From Tubulanus polymorphus (Eukaryota > Animalia > Nemertea), in the NCBI RefSeq assembly GCF_964204645.1, contig NC_134034.1, positions 3,985,814 to 4,049,813 on the forward strand: a stretch of 64,000 nt of DNA, read 5' to 3'. A program made the translations under genes and the position numbers. This document shows, piece after piece, positions 50,301-64,000 of this stretch; position 1 is the first letter of the stretch; each line of letters opens with the position of its first letter. Under the pieces are notes generated by a model. It saw only the letters and a list, made by a program, of their open reading frames with translations, was not told the origin of the DNA and ran no database searches.

Positions 50301-51732
50301 AAAGTGGTATTGTATGCCGGGTGTAAAGAAGTGGCTTACATTCGATTCGATGGGACAGGAACTACTAGTATGGACTGGTTCGACGTTACTAGAATTACTA
50401 GCAGTTCATGGACTGACCTGACATCGCAGACTTCTATAAATGGTGGGGAAAAGCGGTATTTCAGCGTAACGGGACAGTAAGTAGAGCCATGAAATGTGAT
50501 TCGTCGTATAAAATTTGCCATATTGAAAAACACATATGTTATGCCAAAAAAAATGATAGGTCGTTTCTCAAAATCGGCTGGGTCATTTTGTAAATTGTCA
50601 TAAGATTTGTAGTCAGTTCATATCTACGGCTGGCGGGTCAGTCGAAGTTAACCTGATCACGAATTTAAAGCAAATGATTGGTCACAAATTTGATATCAGA
50701 CAGAAAAAAATGGATAAATCTATTGACGAACATTTTAATCTTCCGAACCACACTTAATCAGTAACTTAAGTGACGGCGTACATAAAATTAACACTTCTGA
50801 TAACCATTCGCACGAAATAATTAATTTAACGCGGTGATTATGTTAATCATTGACTTAATCGAGATCTAGGATTCATGTCCCACTACAGAACGTAATTCAG
50901 TTTGTTATATCCGGATGTATCCCGCGGACTTCCAGTTTTTTGTAATTCGTTGCTCTTTGTTTATTTTACTTCGATATAGTTTCACTTTGATGATTCATTT
51001 CTCTTTGATTTATCTTAGTTTAATTTATTTATAATCCTTCTCACTCAGGGCCCAGTTTCACAAAAAGGATTAAGGCTTCAATCGATTTAAGATAAACTGA
51101 ATCAACGAAGGAATTGAATCGATTTAAGAGTTAAACTTTTTTGTGAAACTGGGCCCAGTTCTGCATAATTTGTGTCAGTTTGTGCCTCATGAATACTGTT
51201 GTTTTTCCACTGACTATACTCATTCACCTGATCAAGCTTCTATACGTTTTCAGCGAAAGCTCGTGCATCAAATAAAATAGTTAACCTACTACTCGTCTCG
51301 GAAAGTAATGAACACAGTAGATAGGCGGCCGGCCGGGTGACTTTTAAGCTCAGCACAAATTTGAAACAAGGTATCAGTTTTTTTAGCCATAAAGCCTTAC
51401 TCTTTTCAGTAAAACTGAAACGGTCGATCGACGTTTCTTCGCAATAAAGAGTTACAGAAGATGTAAGGACATGATGTGGATAGCAGTTATGAACTCATAT
51501 TCCCCACCGAGAGGCTGCGACTTTGATGAAAGGAAAGGCGCACCGTACTTCCTGTATTCCGCCGATAAAACGGTTATGCGTAGGTTATTTGCTCATTCGC
51601 TCCGACTTTAGTAACGTATCTGTTCATACGTGTCAATACAAAAATAATTTCACATTTCATCTTTCAGTTGGTGAAAGCCTTTCAACTGCCGATACATTTG
51701 CTATTTACATCAAGTACGCAGCAGGGAGATGA
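47376..51732 (+). CDS. Uncharacterised secreted Cys/Trp-rich protein, paralog B, 236 aa; exons 47376-47454, 48779-48996, 50298-50476, 51410-51579, 51668-51732
   Basis: Five GT-AG exons in frame (711 nt); indels against paralog A are multiples of 3. MKKIIVGLFTYCIVVIIPVTRP..VKVVLYAGCKEVAYIRFDGTG..RRFFAIKSYRRC..ADTFAIYIKYAAGR*. Confidence 0.85.
51049..51155. mobile_element. Harbinger-type MITE
   Basis: Perfect TIR GGCCCAGTTTCACAAAA..TTTTGTGAAACTGGGCC; CAG duplicated at 51046-51048 and 51156-51158. Confidence 0.8.
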
Positions 51733-54700
51733 GTAGCATGCATCTACGAGTTTTTATATCTCTCTGAAATAGGGAAAAATCATATAATATAATATAATAA
51801 TGGCATAACGGCATAGCCCTTTAAGGCCGACGGCCGCGAGTGAGTACTCAACGACAATAGAAATGTTTTGAAATTTTTAGAAGAATTTGGTGAGATTTCC
51901 ACGAACTAGAATTCATTCATGAAATCCATGAAATTAATCATAAATACACAATACAACAATCACAATACGTACTATTGTATATTCATCATTTTGCATTAGA
52001 AGAACATTACTTCTGTTTGTTTTGTATTAACCTCAATTGAGAAAATGTCACTTAGGATTTCTTTTCGAGGACCTTAGAATTTAGGAGGGGGGTCCGGACC
52101 CCCTTGGACCCCCTCTAAATCCGCCCCTGATAATCAGTATCTAATCAATATCTATATATGCATCGGCTGTAGAGTTAAATCTGTTAAGAGTGGTTACGGG
52201 CCATCGAAGTAAATCTAACTGACCATTTTAAAATTCAACCTATAATAGTCGACAAGATGAAAAAAAAAAATTATCTGTCTAATCTAAAACTTCAAAAAAA
52301 GTATTTTCCCACCAAACCATACATAATATCCTCGCCAAAACATCAAACTCACGACAAATTCAATAGTTGCTGATGTACTGTCGGAACAAAATATATTCAT
52401 CAGATGCTGTCAAAAATGAAAGTTTTTGCTGGTTCATTTTAATATTTTGCAATATCGGGTATCGTCTAAAATCACACCTTCGCTGTTTGTTGTAGGTTAT
52501 CAAAGATTGTATCTGTACTGGTATTACCCTCGGTATTTAACAATGTTCTGTTCGGTTAATATCCACGTCATTGGTTACTGTTGGACCGGAAGTCGTTATA
52601 CGGTCCAGTATACCAAACTATTCCTGCACGTGTTTGTGATTTTATTTTTCATGTTGAGATGTTCCCTTCGCATTTCTACATAAGCTTAGATTGATTCAGC
52701 AGGAGCGGATTTAGCAATTGGTCGCGGGGATCAGAACCTCTGCCATTGAGGTTGCACTCCTTGTCAAGACTTTGTAAAACCCTGCGAAGTCGACACTCAT
52801 TCTCGCAAAAAAGATTGCTTTACTTCGGATTCTTCATAAATATCTAACACCGAGAAGGTACATCTTAAGTGCATTTGACATGGCTGCATTATTACAAGAA
52901 GCACCCTATTTTCTTAACCATCGAAGAACCAGTATGTCCGTGTTGTGACGATAAATAAAGAATCCCACAATACGCCCCAAAATGGATACTACTATATCAC
53001 ATTATGATCATTTACTGATTGGAAGTTTCGACTATAACATTTAAAGTCATCATCAACAATACTGAGATAAACAAAATATGGTGTCCCAGAAAATGGTTCC
53101 TCCAAAATGATTTGATATTTACCAGTTTATCTATTTTAGTAAATAAATATGTGTGATGTTTTAGTAACCAGTAGGATTTATTCTTTACATATTAAGGATA
53201 ATGGGTCATGTAGACTATGCCCGGCTGTTTTTCAAATACTAATTATGATTTTACTTCAGAAATAAACTTGATAAATGAAGTTACTAATGATGGCATTAAG
53301 GGCAGGTATTCGTTTGCAAAAGAAATTTCCATTTTCGGGATATTGAATTAAGTGATACATGATTATGTTGTTAATCGTTTAACAAAGGTTTTTTTGATAA
53401 TTATAATAATAACTTCATTTACATAATGCATGTCTCCAAACTAGAGTCTATTCAAGTGCGCGCCAAACTTAGTATTATTACCCCAATAACACCTTCAAAT
53501 TTTTGAGTCTCGAATCGACTGAGTAAGGTTACATTTAATATTCCTGCATTATTAAGCCGTCTTTCATACTATCATCACATATCGATTTTACGAATACAAG
53601 AACATCTTTGACGGATAAAGATTTGTTTGTTTGTTTGGATTAACGTCGCTTAAATCTCGGTTTCCAAAGACTAACCCCATTGGATTATTCATTGTATATC
53701 AAATTTATATTGTATATCAAATAACAAATGAAAGCCAAATATGGTAGGATTGTCCCTGTTATTTATTTGGTTGGTAAATTTCGTTTGATTTTTTGATTGA
53801 GTGTCCCTTACAGGCCACCACACCTGCCGGGAGCGAAACAGGGGGTTTGATTTTGGAAATCGAAGTACAGATATAGTTGTGTGATCGGCGCACGAGTTTA
53901 CAGAATTTTGTTTAAATCGAAGTACATAATTGGGATATTCGGTTCCGGTTCACTCGACAATTAATCTTCCAACCAGTCTGAACCGGCAAGCGACGAGTGG
54001 GGGTCAATTTTTCGGCTGCCTGATTTAATACATCGAAATTTTGGAAATTGCTATATTACAAGGTTGAAGATCATTTTGTCCATTTTTATATCTTTTGGTC
54101 GTTTTCTACGTGTAACAGTCCGATAGTCTACTGCAGTTTTTTCGGGTAGATGTTGATGTAGAAATCCTGTAAGTTGATTGCCCCGAGTGTTGATTGAAAG
54201 GATGGACATTTTGAAACGCGAATCATCCAGATGAGAGTATGGCCCTGGTATCCGCAGTTGTATGACATCGACGGTGCAGCTTCGATAAGGATGGGTTTCT
54301 CCGTCAAGGGGTGTGCAGTTTGTACTTCACAATATCCCGTGCTGAGTTTGTCTAAAAGAACAAGTTTTACACGGGGAGCAGTTAATAATGTTATAAAGTA
54401 TGTAATGTATAATAAAGAAAAGAAACCATATAAGACCAAGAAAACCATATAACGTAGGCAAAATACATATTTTGCCTTTGCACTGTTTATTGATTTCTAA
54501 TTCGTCTAGTCACTCAAAATGTTTATTTGGATCGCCCCGCTTACTCTGTTGTATTTTCAAATAAATGCCGTTCTCGCTTTGTGGTCACTCTAATGACTCA
54601 TTTCGCTCAGCCGATCACATACATGTACTCTAGTAGCGAAAGCTTATGGGTGACAATTCCCTTAAAAAATCACTGAGCCATTTTGACGGTATACTATGAC

Positions 54701-55234
54701 ATTTTATCGAAGTACAGACAAACACGTAGACGAAACGCTGAATTTTGAATGGAATTGTCACCCATAAATGCTCGTCATATGTAAACAGATCATTCTTAGC
54801 GTACACGGTACTATCTTTTCTCACGAATATTCAGGTTAAAATCAGGTTAACATATTTATAAAATTTTATTTACACTTTGCGATCATCGTATCATCGTATC
54901 ACGATGAAAATCGCATCATCCCCGCATACCTTTGCGATTTTTATGAGGGCCTCTCGAGTTGGATTCAATCACGTGACTGAGCCACCATTTCGAGCATCGT
55001 GTGAATGCTTCATGCTTAATTCTGATTGGCCACTAAAAATTTTAGATGCGATAAAATCGGCTCCGGACCCGACCGCATACCTTCACGATGATGCGATAGT
55101 CCCACAATCGGATTTTTATCAAATAGAATTTATTGAAATGAAACCAAGGTTTTTGTATGTGAATATGTGTATGTGGTTTCATTTCGATGAATTCCATCTA
55201 GGCCATGGATGATCGTTTTTAAAAAGTGTTTTAT

Positions 55235-55685
55235 TTCTGGTGTTTGTATTTCATTTTCAATCAAAATATCTCGAGTGAAGTACGGAACACGTCTGAAGTG
55301 TTGATGGTCTGTCTTCGAAGGTGTACTGATAAAATATCCATGTCTGGTGTTTGTAGTTCATTTTCAATTAAAATGTCCCGGTTGAAGTACTGAACACATT
55401 GTGAAGTATGGAGGATCGGTTTTTGAAAGTGTGCCTTATGTCTGGTTTGTAGTTCATTTTCAATCAAAAATTGTTCTGATAAACTCCTGACCAAATGTAA
55501 AATGAGAACGACTGTTTTCTGAAAATGTACTGATAAGACATCTAATATCTGGTATTTGTAGTTCATTGACGATTAAAACTTTTTCGGGTAAATTAGGTCA
55601 AAAGGAGACGATCAGTTTCTAAAAGTATGCCGATGTCTAATGTCTGGTGTTTGTAGTTCATTTTTGATTCTCTCAGATGAAGTAA
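55235..55685. repeat. Degenerate ~100-bp tandem repeat (about 5 units)
   Basis: tctggtgtttgtagttcattttcaatcaaaa recurs near 55236, 55343, 55441, 55547 and 55643. Confidence 0.65.
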
Positions 55686-56661
55686 GTATCACAAGTGAAT
55701 AGGAAAATCCTGATGAAGTATTAAACGTCTGAGTGCCATGAGTTTATCGAATAAATTTTCTAATTCTTTTTCACCGACATTGTGCTGCGTTTAGACGAAG
55801 GAAGTTTTCCGTTCTCTAAACAGAAAAACGAATGACCGTGAATAAAAGTCTTTTCGCCGCAAAAACACCGACAAGAATTTCATCACAGACACCAAAAAGT
55901 GATATCATCAAAACGGGGGAAAACAGTTTACGCTTTCGACAAAATTTATACAACAATCATAATTTAAATGGTTTGCGGTTTTCGGAATGTTGTTTTCTTT
56001 GGATAAAATCATTCGGATTTATGGCCATGGCTGTGTAGCCTAACCATTTTATTTCATTCCATTTCATACTCGTATATACAAGACTAACAGACGAACAACG
56101 GTCTGAAACTACCGAACAAAGGATGCGAAAATCCATAACGCATTTCACTGCCTGTAAATTAAACGAAATATATATCAAAGCTAAAAGTTTCTACAGCGTC
56201 AGTTTCACAAAAAGCCAATTTGCGCCGCGCGTTCTGCTGAATGAAACTAGATTAAATTAGCGAACAAAAGCCGTGCACGAATGCCTCGGTATCAAAGGCT
56301 GCAGTTCCATTTTAGATAATTTCTTCATAGAGAAAAGTTCACAAGTTTAGAAACTTTGTCAGCGAATTCGTTACCAGGTTCGACAACAGACTATAGTACT
56401 CAGTACCGAAGATTTAAGTTTTGCCTGCTGTTTCTCGAGTAAGATTTTCGCTATAGCCGTTTATTTTATACCTAAAAATAAATATTCTTTACAGAACATC
56501 TGCGATATTTTCAAACATACGATTTTGAATTATCTGATTAACAAATCGCGTCTGTGATTGGCGCTAAAAGTTACGCGGAATGGGATGATTATTATTTTTT
56601 TTAGATGTAGTCTCGCATTTAATGTTTGTGTTCTTTTTTCGATATGATCGTCTTCGACGAC

Positions 56662-59600
56662 ATGACACGAATTCAGAATATTATGTTTGTTGTTCTGGTT
56701 GCAATCATACTCCATGTACACATAACGCGCGCTGATCGCGCAGACTCTATCGAGCAATCGTCTGTGACGGTGAGTTCGTCCTGTAACAACACGTGGAACC
56801 CCGTCGATTCTACGTCCGGTTACATCGTTTCACCGAATTATCCTTCGACAACGCGCGGTGTTGAATGTCGTTGGTCCATCAACAGTTCTCTACCGGGGAC
56901 TTTTCACGTACAGGTTTACCACGATATCGAGGCGTCGATATTCTGTGAGGACAGTTACCTTCTCGTCGGCGAGTCGGATGACAAATTGTGCGGCGATGGA
57001 AAACATGAAATCCTTCGCAACGATTCGTTATCGTTGATGTTTAGGAGTAACGTCGATGGTGCGCGAGGAAGTCGGGTTTATATAATTTATCGTTACGAAC
57101 GGAGCCGATTGATCTTCAGTCATAACTGTAGTTCGAATCGTCTTAAGTTGGGACGGTTGCAAACATCGAATGGATTTAGATTTGCTTTAGATTTCTTCAA
57201 TCAACGGTGTCAACTATACTTAGAATCGCTCGGACTTGAGGATGGTTTCGCTTTGAACCTGACATTCATAGACGTTAGCTTCGAATTATTCTACATTGTT
57301 GAAAACGTTTCGGTTGAAATTCACGACGGCTGGAACACCAGCAGTGAACCTATCGCTCATATACCTGAACAAAACGGACAGCAGCCGTCTACGTTTTATA
57401 CGAAAACCAACAAGGCCTCTGTTGGTATGCCACATCGTGGATTCCGATTTCATTCAATATTACTTGTGCAGATTTACAAAATATCAGATTGGAACGTCTC
57501 TAATCCGTTGATTCGGATTTCTAATAAAGAGTCCGGAGTGCTCGTTCCCGATGACAAGAGTTTACACGTAATAACTCGATCAAAACGCTTACACTGCTGG
57601 TCCATCACAGTGCAGGTGTTACAGTACGTCGTCTTCAACTGGACACGTGATCTCGTCTCATCCGATGACGTCATTGGTGTATATAAACTAGAAGGGTTAC
57701 GTGTTGTAGGAACTGATATTTTACTCGGTTACAACTACCTGGAATCGCTGAGTGTCAAATCTGACGGCTTTCTTATTGTATTGTGCGTTTTAAAAGAAAA
57801 AGAACGAACGGGATCTCGTATAGACATTAACTATAAAATGGAATCACTTTCGATGACTGATTTTACTGTTTTTACACTAGGAGTAAGTAATCAATATCTT
57901 TTGATATAAAATCGAATGGTTTTTTCCAAATGCTTTAAAACACAAAAAAAAGATTAATTCTAAAACTTGACATTTTTTTTCCTACAGTCCCCGGATCGGT
58001 TTTTTTCGCCTTTTCGAACGTTCCCAACGAAAAACAAGCCGATAGTCACGTATCGCGTGCACATATTGAAGCTCACAACAAAAGTAAATATTCATGAATA
58101 TGGTTTACGCATGTTGGTTTTATCAGAGAACTGCGAGCGAGCCGGATTTTACATATACGACGGTGGTAATTTCACGGCCAGGCGCTACGGTCCGTATTGT
58201 CCTCGTACAACTAGGTACGACCGAAACGTCGTCAGTCTGATTACATCAGGGGTATCGGTTACTGTAGTAGCATACGCTTACAAATGGGACGGACAGTTGA
58301 CCAAAGATAGCGAGACAAATCACCCCCTTCTCAAATTACAACCAACAGACTGTGACGGGTACGTCCTACAGGATGGAGAACGGCAAGCCAATACGACGTC
58401 ACATTGTCTCGTGATTACACCTGCAAATCGACGCCTTCCTTTGAGAAATATCAACATATTATCGGAACACGAATATCAAATCGACCGATGCTCCCTTGGA
58501 AATTGGGGGATCTCTTCGTGCAAAAGATCGACAACTGTAACAAGCCTATTTCTCAGTAACGGCCTCGTATTAAACACCGTTAGTCTTTACGCGGACGACG
58601 CGTTCTTGCGATCTCCATTTATAGTTAAGGTACGTCGTAGATGCCAGAGTTTGAAGAGGGCCGATGCAAGTAATATCGGAATGTATTTACCGGATAAAGA
58701 CGAATGCGGAATCTTGCAGTCACCGAATTATCCGGGATCTGCAGGCGGTTTTACTCAGTCGCGTATCTATCAATTTCATAGTCAATTTATGGGAAAAATC
58801 ACGTACACATATTACAGATTCGTAATCAAATACATCGAGCTGACGCTGTGTTCAAAAACCGCTTCGAATGAAAAAGATCCTATCATCTTCGTTCAATTAA
58901 TGTACGATTATATCAACGATAGGCAAACGCAAGTCGTGCGGAAAATCTGTAGAATGAACCATCCTTTGCTCGGCAGCATATTTCACAGTTTAACGAATGG
59001 TGGCTTCCATTTCGACGCTCAAGGTGAAATTCCGACATTTCAAATACAATATACATTACAAGAATCATCACCGATCGATGGGAACCGCTGTGAACCGGGA
59101 TTCTTTGATTCGGGATTTTCGTGCATAAAACACATAATCAGAGGTGGACGTCTGAATTGGGAGAATGCTGAATTGCACTGTAGACAGAAGTACGCAGGAC
59201 ATCTACTGAGCATCAACTCAGAACAGGAGATGATCGCGATTAAAAGATTATTCGCTACGAAACTTCTTAGAACTGCATATTCACTGAGGGTGCTTATAAT
59301 GATGATTGGATTAAAACTGCAGGTAAAGAACTTGATTTCCAGTGCATTCTTTTGAATCGGATGCAGTTTACGGTACGAGTGTGTATCAGTATTTCACGAT
59401 GGGGCCTTGATTGAGCATCTATGCAAATATCATCGAAATACGTAGTTAATCGTTAGTCTAGTGGCACTATATAGAAAACCCGCAATTATATTGAAGCTAA
59501 GCAACAAAAACTAGTTTAACTGATATTTCGGAGTGAATAACTATTTTCAGAGATTTTTTCAAAGAATGCATTAATCTATTTGTTAATCTCTGATGATGGG

Positions 59601-62600
59601 TAGAATCGTTTTTCGTCAACATCGCGGAATTTTGCAAACGGCGATCGATAGCCATAGTCAGATTTGACTGGAAGACTGATATTAATCTCAGCATTTAGAG
59701 TTAACAAGTAAAAACCCACAGTTTTTATTTAGTCAAGTTTTTTAATGTATATGAATACAACCATTGGTAAAATATGAATATAATTGGGAGAAAATGTATA
59801 TTATGCTTCTGTTTTTCAGCCGAATACTGGTCATTACATGTGGACTGACGGCAAACCGTTGAGCTACGCAGAGTGGTATAAACCTAAAAATAACGAAACT
59901 ATACCAGATGTTATTCAAGGATTGATATCTCCTCTCAGAAAACAACCGACAAATGACGTTAATATGCCGTGTACGGCGATGATACTGAATAATCCACGAG
60001 GATCGGCGAACTGGGTTCGATTCCCGTGCCTTATCGAGGAGGTTCATACGACGTTCGCTTGCGAATCGGATAGAAATGAAACGAAACAAGATGGCAATCC
60101 GACTAGAGATGAAAATGAAACAAAAGTAACGGTTAAAAAAGATTTATTTCAAATGCTAGACACCGTCAATTCAACCTGTACACGGGGTTGGGCAGGTATA
60201 GCTGGACGGTGCTATCGAATACTGACAGACTGGAACAAAAACCGAAGTTTGGATATTGGAAGCGCAAGAGAAATGTGTCGTGGAATCGGCAGTGAAATGG
60301 GTCAGATCTCTTTAACTGTAAATTTCGTACACGATTTAGTCAATACGTTTAACTATCAACATCAATATGGCGCCATATTTGCAATGGATAGTTATAACAG
60401 ACTCGGAGTGATAGAGCCATTGCTAACCAGGGACGATATCACCTACGTTCATTCATTGGTTTGGACTTTCGAAACCACCGAAAATACAGAAGTGGGTGTA
60501 CATTCTGTTTTGTGTTCCTACAATGTTACTGGTAAACAGTTAGCTTCTATAAGCGGTTGTAAATCGTGGCAGTTTAAATGTAACGATCAAAGATGTATCA
60601 GCGACCATCGCGTATGTGATACCAGCCACGACTGTCAACACGGTGAGGATGAACTCAATTGTACGGATATGAATTTACACAGTCAGTTTCAATGCGATGA
60701 TGGTCAGATTGTATCAATAAGCGGAATGTGTGATTTCATACGAGATTGTGTTGATGGTTCTGATGAGAACTCGTGTTTTCATCCCCCGTGTTTGTCCGGG
60801 CAATTTCGCTGTAACAGTGGTCAATGTCTCAGTAGGTCAAACAGATGTGATGGAGAAATTAATTGTAAAGACGACTCCGATGAAATAGGTTGCACTGCTG
60901 AACTGTGTCAAGGATTCTTGTGTAACAGCGGAGACTGTATTAGCTCTGATTTGTATCAGGACGGTGTCGTGGATTGTAGTGGAAGCCTTGAAGAAGACGA
61001 ATTAGTTACAACTACTAATATTACAGTGAATCCTACGGTTCAGTGCAACAATGAAAACGAATGTGTGACTAACTTCACAAATCTCTGCACAGAATCTGAT
61101 GAACAAAGATGTTCTTTTAATTCTCCGCGTTGTTATTCAAGACGCCACAGATGTATCCAGGAAAGATTAACAAACAGTTTCTCAGTTTGTAGAAACCTAG
61201 AGCACATATTGAGATGTGATCGATTTGAATGTCCAGCTGGAACTGTAAAATGCCCATCGTCGTACTGTATACCTATCAGACAGGTGTGCGATGGTCAATC
61301 AGATTGTCCTAATTCAGAAGATGAACAAAACTGCGAGACATTTTCATGTCCGGGAATGTTTAAATGTGGACAAGAAAATCGATGTATTCCACAAACTGAA
61401 GTGTGTGATGGTGTTGTGCATTGTAAACATACAACTGATGACGAGGCTTTTTGTAACGTCACTTGTCCTAGTCGTTGTAAATGTCAAGGTCAGTCTGTGG
61501 ACTGCAGGAATGTTGCTTTCACGGATATTACAAGTTTAATCGCGATATCAACTCGAATTCTTATGTTGTCCAATAACAGAGTTATTTTAAACGTGTCGAC
61601 GTTTTCCTCCTTCGTCTATCTTCGCATGCTTAACCTCTCCTTTAACGAAGTGTCTCAAATTTTGCCAAACTCATTCACAAACCTGCACAATCTACGAACG
61701 TTGGACCTTACCTATAATTCGATCACATCTTTATTAGCTAATACATTCAACGGTTTGTATAGTCTTAAAGAACTTTTCATAACTGGAAATCCAATTCGAT
61801 ATTTAGAAGATGGTAGCTTTCACGGTTTAATCTCGCTTTCCGTTTTTGACCTTCACGGACTGCCAATTTCGGTACTCGCCGCAAATGTATTCAAAGGTTT
61901 ATCATCAATGACTTCATTGAATATCACCAGCAATAGAATCAATTTCATATCGAAATATGCTTTTTCTGGTTTAAGCCAACTTTTACATCTTGATTTAGCC
62001 AATAATTCCAATTACATCGCTACGGGAAGAGGCGTTTTCGACAATCTGACATCCTTAGTCTCCCTAACGTCTGACGCTTACAAATTTTGTTGTATGGCTC
62101 CGAATGTTGACCAGTGTCTTCCCGAAGCTGATCAATTTTCCTCCTGTTCTGACCTGATGGGTAACACAGTCCTTAGAGCTATCATCTGGGTCATCGCTGC
62201 GTTCAGTTTCTTCGCCAACACTTATGTTATTTTACTTCGCATTCAAGTACGATCATCCGACACGCGCAACAGGTCTTCTGACATCCTCATCGCGAATCTT
62301 GCAGTCTGCGATTTTATGATGTCGATTTACTTGTTCTTGATCGCCGGTGCCGATTACGTTTACAAAGGAGTTTATTTCCTAAATTCTGAAATTTGGACGG
62401 ACAGTTCGTTGTGTCGATTTGCTGGGATTTTAGTTACTGTATCTTGTGAAGGATCTTTGACTTTCTTGCTTCTCCTTACACGTCATCGATACTCAAATAT
62501 TGTCGATCCATTTTCCGACAGTGTGATGATAACTCCTAAACACGTCACCAGTATTTGCTGCATTTGTTGGATCATTTTGAGCATCATTTCGTTGCTACCA

Positions 62601-63062
62601 CTGTCACAATCGCCGTACTTCGGTACGAAGTTCTACGGCACAACCGGAGTTTGTTTGCCTATGAATTTGCTTACCATTGACGTAAATGCCTGGCATTATT
62701 CATTGGCCATTTTCGCTGCAGCCAACTCTGTCATACTTGCAACAATAATGGGAACCTATGCCCAAATGTACAAACTTGTATCTGGAAGCAGGTCTAGCTC
62801 AGGTAGAGCTGATCCTACCGAACTGGTTTTGGCACGCAGGAGTTTGGTGATAAATCTCTGTAATCTATTTTGCTGGCTGCCGTTAATTACCGTTCAGTTT
62901 TGCGCAGTACTCCGTGTGGACATACCGAATCAGGTGGCGGCTTGGCTGGCGGTCCTTTTCTTACCGATCAACTCGTCCCTCAATCCCATTCTTTACACTA
63001 TACTGACTATCGATATGAAATCAATACGAGCAAAGAACAAACGCCTCCGAAGACAGAGATAG
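56662..63062 (+). CDS. GRL101-like (type C2) leucine-rich-repeat GPCR with CUB, C-type lectin and LDLa ectodomain, ~1932 aa; exons 56662-57882, 57988-59322, 59820-63062
   Basis: Two phase-0 GT-AG introns. Signal peptide; CUB motifs (GYIVSPNYP..CRWSI, EIHDG, GILQSPNYP); CLECT (LNWENAELHC..GHLLSINS..IGL|..YMWTDGKPLSYAEW); ~7 LDLa repeats; LRRNT plus ~8 LRRs; hinge FCC..C.P.ADQFSSCSDLM; 7TM with NLAVCD, FCWLP and LPINSSLNPILYT. Alternative ATG at 56644. Confidence 0.92.
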
Positions 63063-64000
63063 ATGAATTAACTAAACTCAATCTTCACTGATAAACATCC
63101 GTTCCACATTACATGTCTGACGTATTGATAAATCTACTTAGTTCACCTTTCACAGTGTTTTATGAGATTAAGATCAATAGCCCTGATAAAGTATCATTAG
63201 CCACGATTAATGACAATTTTTAAACTTCCTTGATCTCTGACAACTATTCATCAGCACGGCCTTACCACTCCGTACAGGGAAGTAATGTTTTTGTTAGGCT
63301 TACATATCGAGCATTCTGGAGGGAAGATACAATACCCGAGCCACTGTTGGGTCCTGGATTCATCCATCAGGCCAAGTCCCGAGTTGCTCATGCTTGAGGT
63401 AGTCATACCCAAGGACAGGTTCGATAGTTTGCTCTTCAAACTAGCACAGCATAGATACCAGCTTAGATATAGAAGATCGAGTAATTTTATGAGAAATTTG
63501 GTCAGGCTACACTGAACGGTTTCAACGGGTTCACTGATACGGGTTCAACCAGCTGACGATGGAAAATCTGGACGAACAACCTCGGCATAGCGTCAACAAC
63601 ATTCGTGCTGGTATGTATTAACTAGACATTGCGCACTAAATAATCGATTATACAGATATCATAAAATGCACGTAAACATGTTCGGTCTCACAATTGAACG
63701 AAGTTTTTGAAACATTAAATGTTCCTGATGGATTGAAAATGTTTGCCTTATATATCATTATAATTCACACGTAGCACATGGGCGACTGCCTGAACCATGA
63801 CTAGCCGTAGGTCCGTGTAAAACATGCATGATACGCAGTCAACGGTGTAATTGTCATATCTCTTATAAACTGATCGACGTTGTTTCATCAAAGAATAAAT
63901 AAAATCACCGACAGTCTTAGTATTGCGTTTGTTAAATGACGTGGGTTGCAGTAGTTCAAGGAAGGTCTTTTCACAAAAGTTGATATTGAAATTGCTGCCG

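Larger units (their letters stand above)
32500..52900. repeat. Older tandem duplication, ~32500-40770 and ~44305-52900, each copy carrying one secreted-protein paralog
   Basis: Collinear alignable blocks throughout (e.g. 32520/44325, 33840/45535, 35424/48779, 38700/50298, 40440/52580) interrupted by copy-specific insertions; boundaries approximate. Confidence 0.85.

Noticed and set aside
63190-63520. Short ORFs or possible retroelement 3' end downstream of the LGR gene
   Set aside because: No diagnostic motif or second copy in the window.

Overview
Eukaryotic, intron-containing invertebrate DNA (gene content looks lophotrochozoan; this is an inference). Manual GT-AG splicing recovers seven protein-coding genes that the ORF track shows only in fragments: (1) the 3' half of KLHL10; (2) an intronless peptide-type class A GPCR; (3) a linker histone H1 that begins with an apparent cleavable signal peptide, i.e. 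a predicted SECRETED histone H1 (the top finding); (4) an 11-exon astacin+MAM metalloprotease; (5,6) two tandem paralogs encoding ~240-aa secreted Cys/Trp-rich proteins with one hypervariable segment; (7) a ~1,930-aa CUB/C-type-lectin/LDLa/LRR GRL101-type GPCR in only 3 coding exons. A tandem duplication (3882-14405 / 14404-19221) left pseudogene copies of the GPCR and H1 and an orphan KLHL10 3' end. Non-coding DNA holds MITEs, a tRNA-derived SINE, L2 and CR1 LINE fragments, and a 66-67 bp tandem array whose units match minimal type I hammerhead ribozymes. All gene models were built by eye and need transcript confirmation; no database searches were run.
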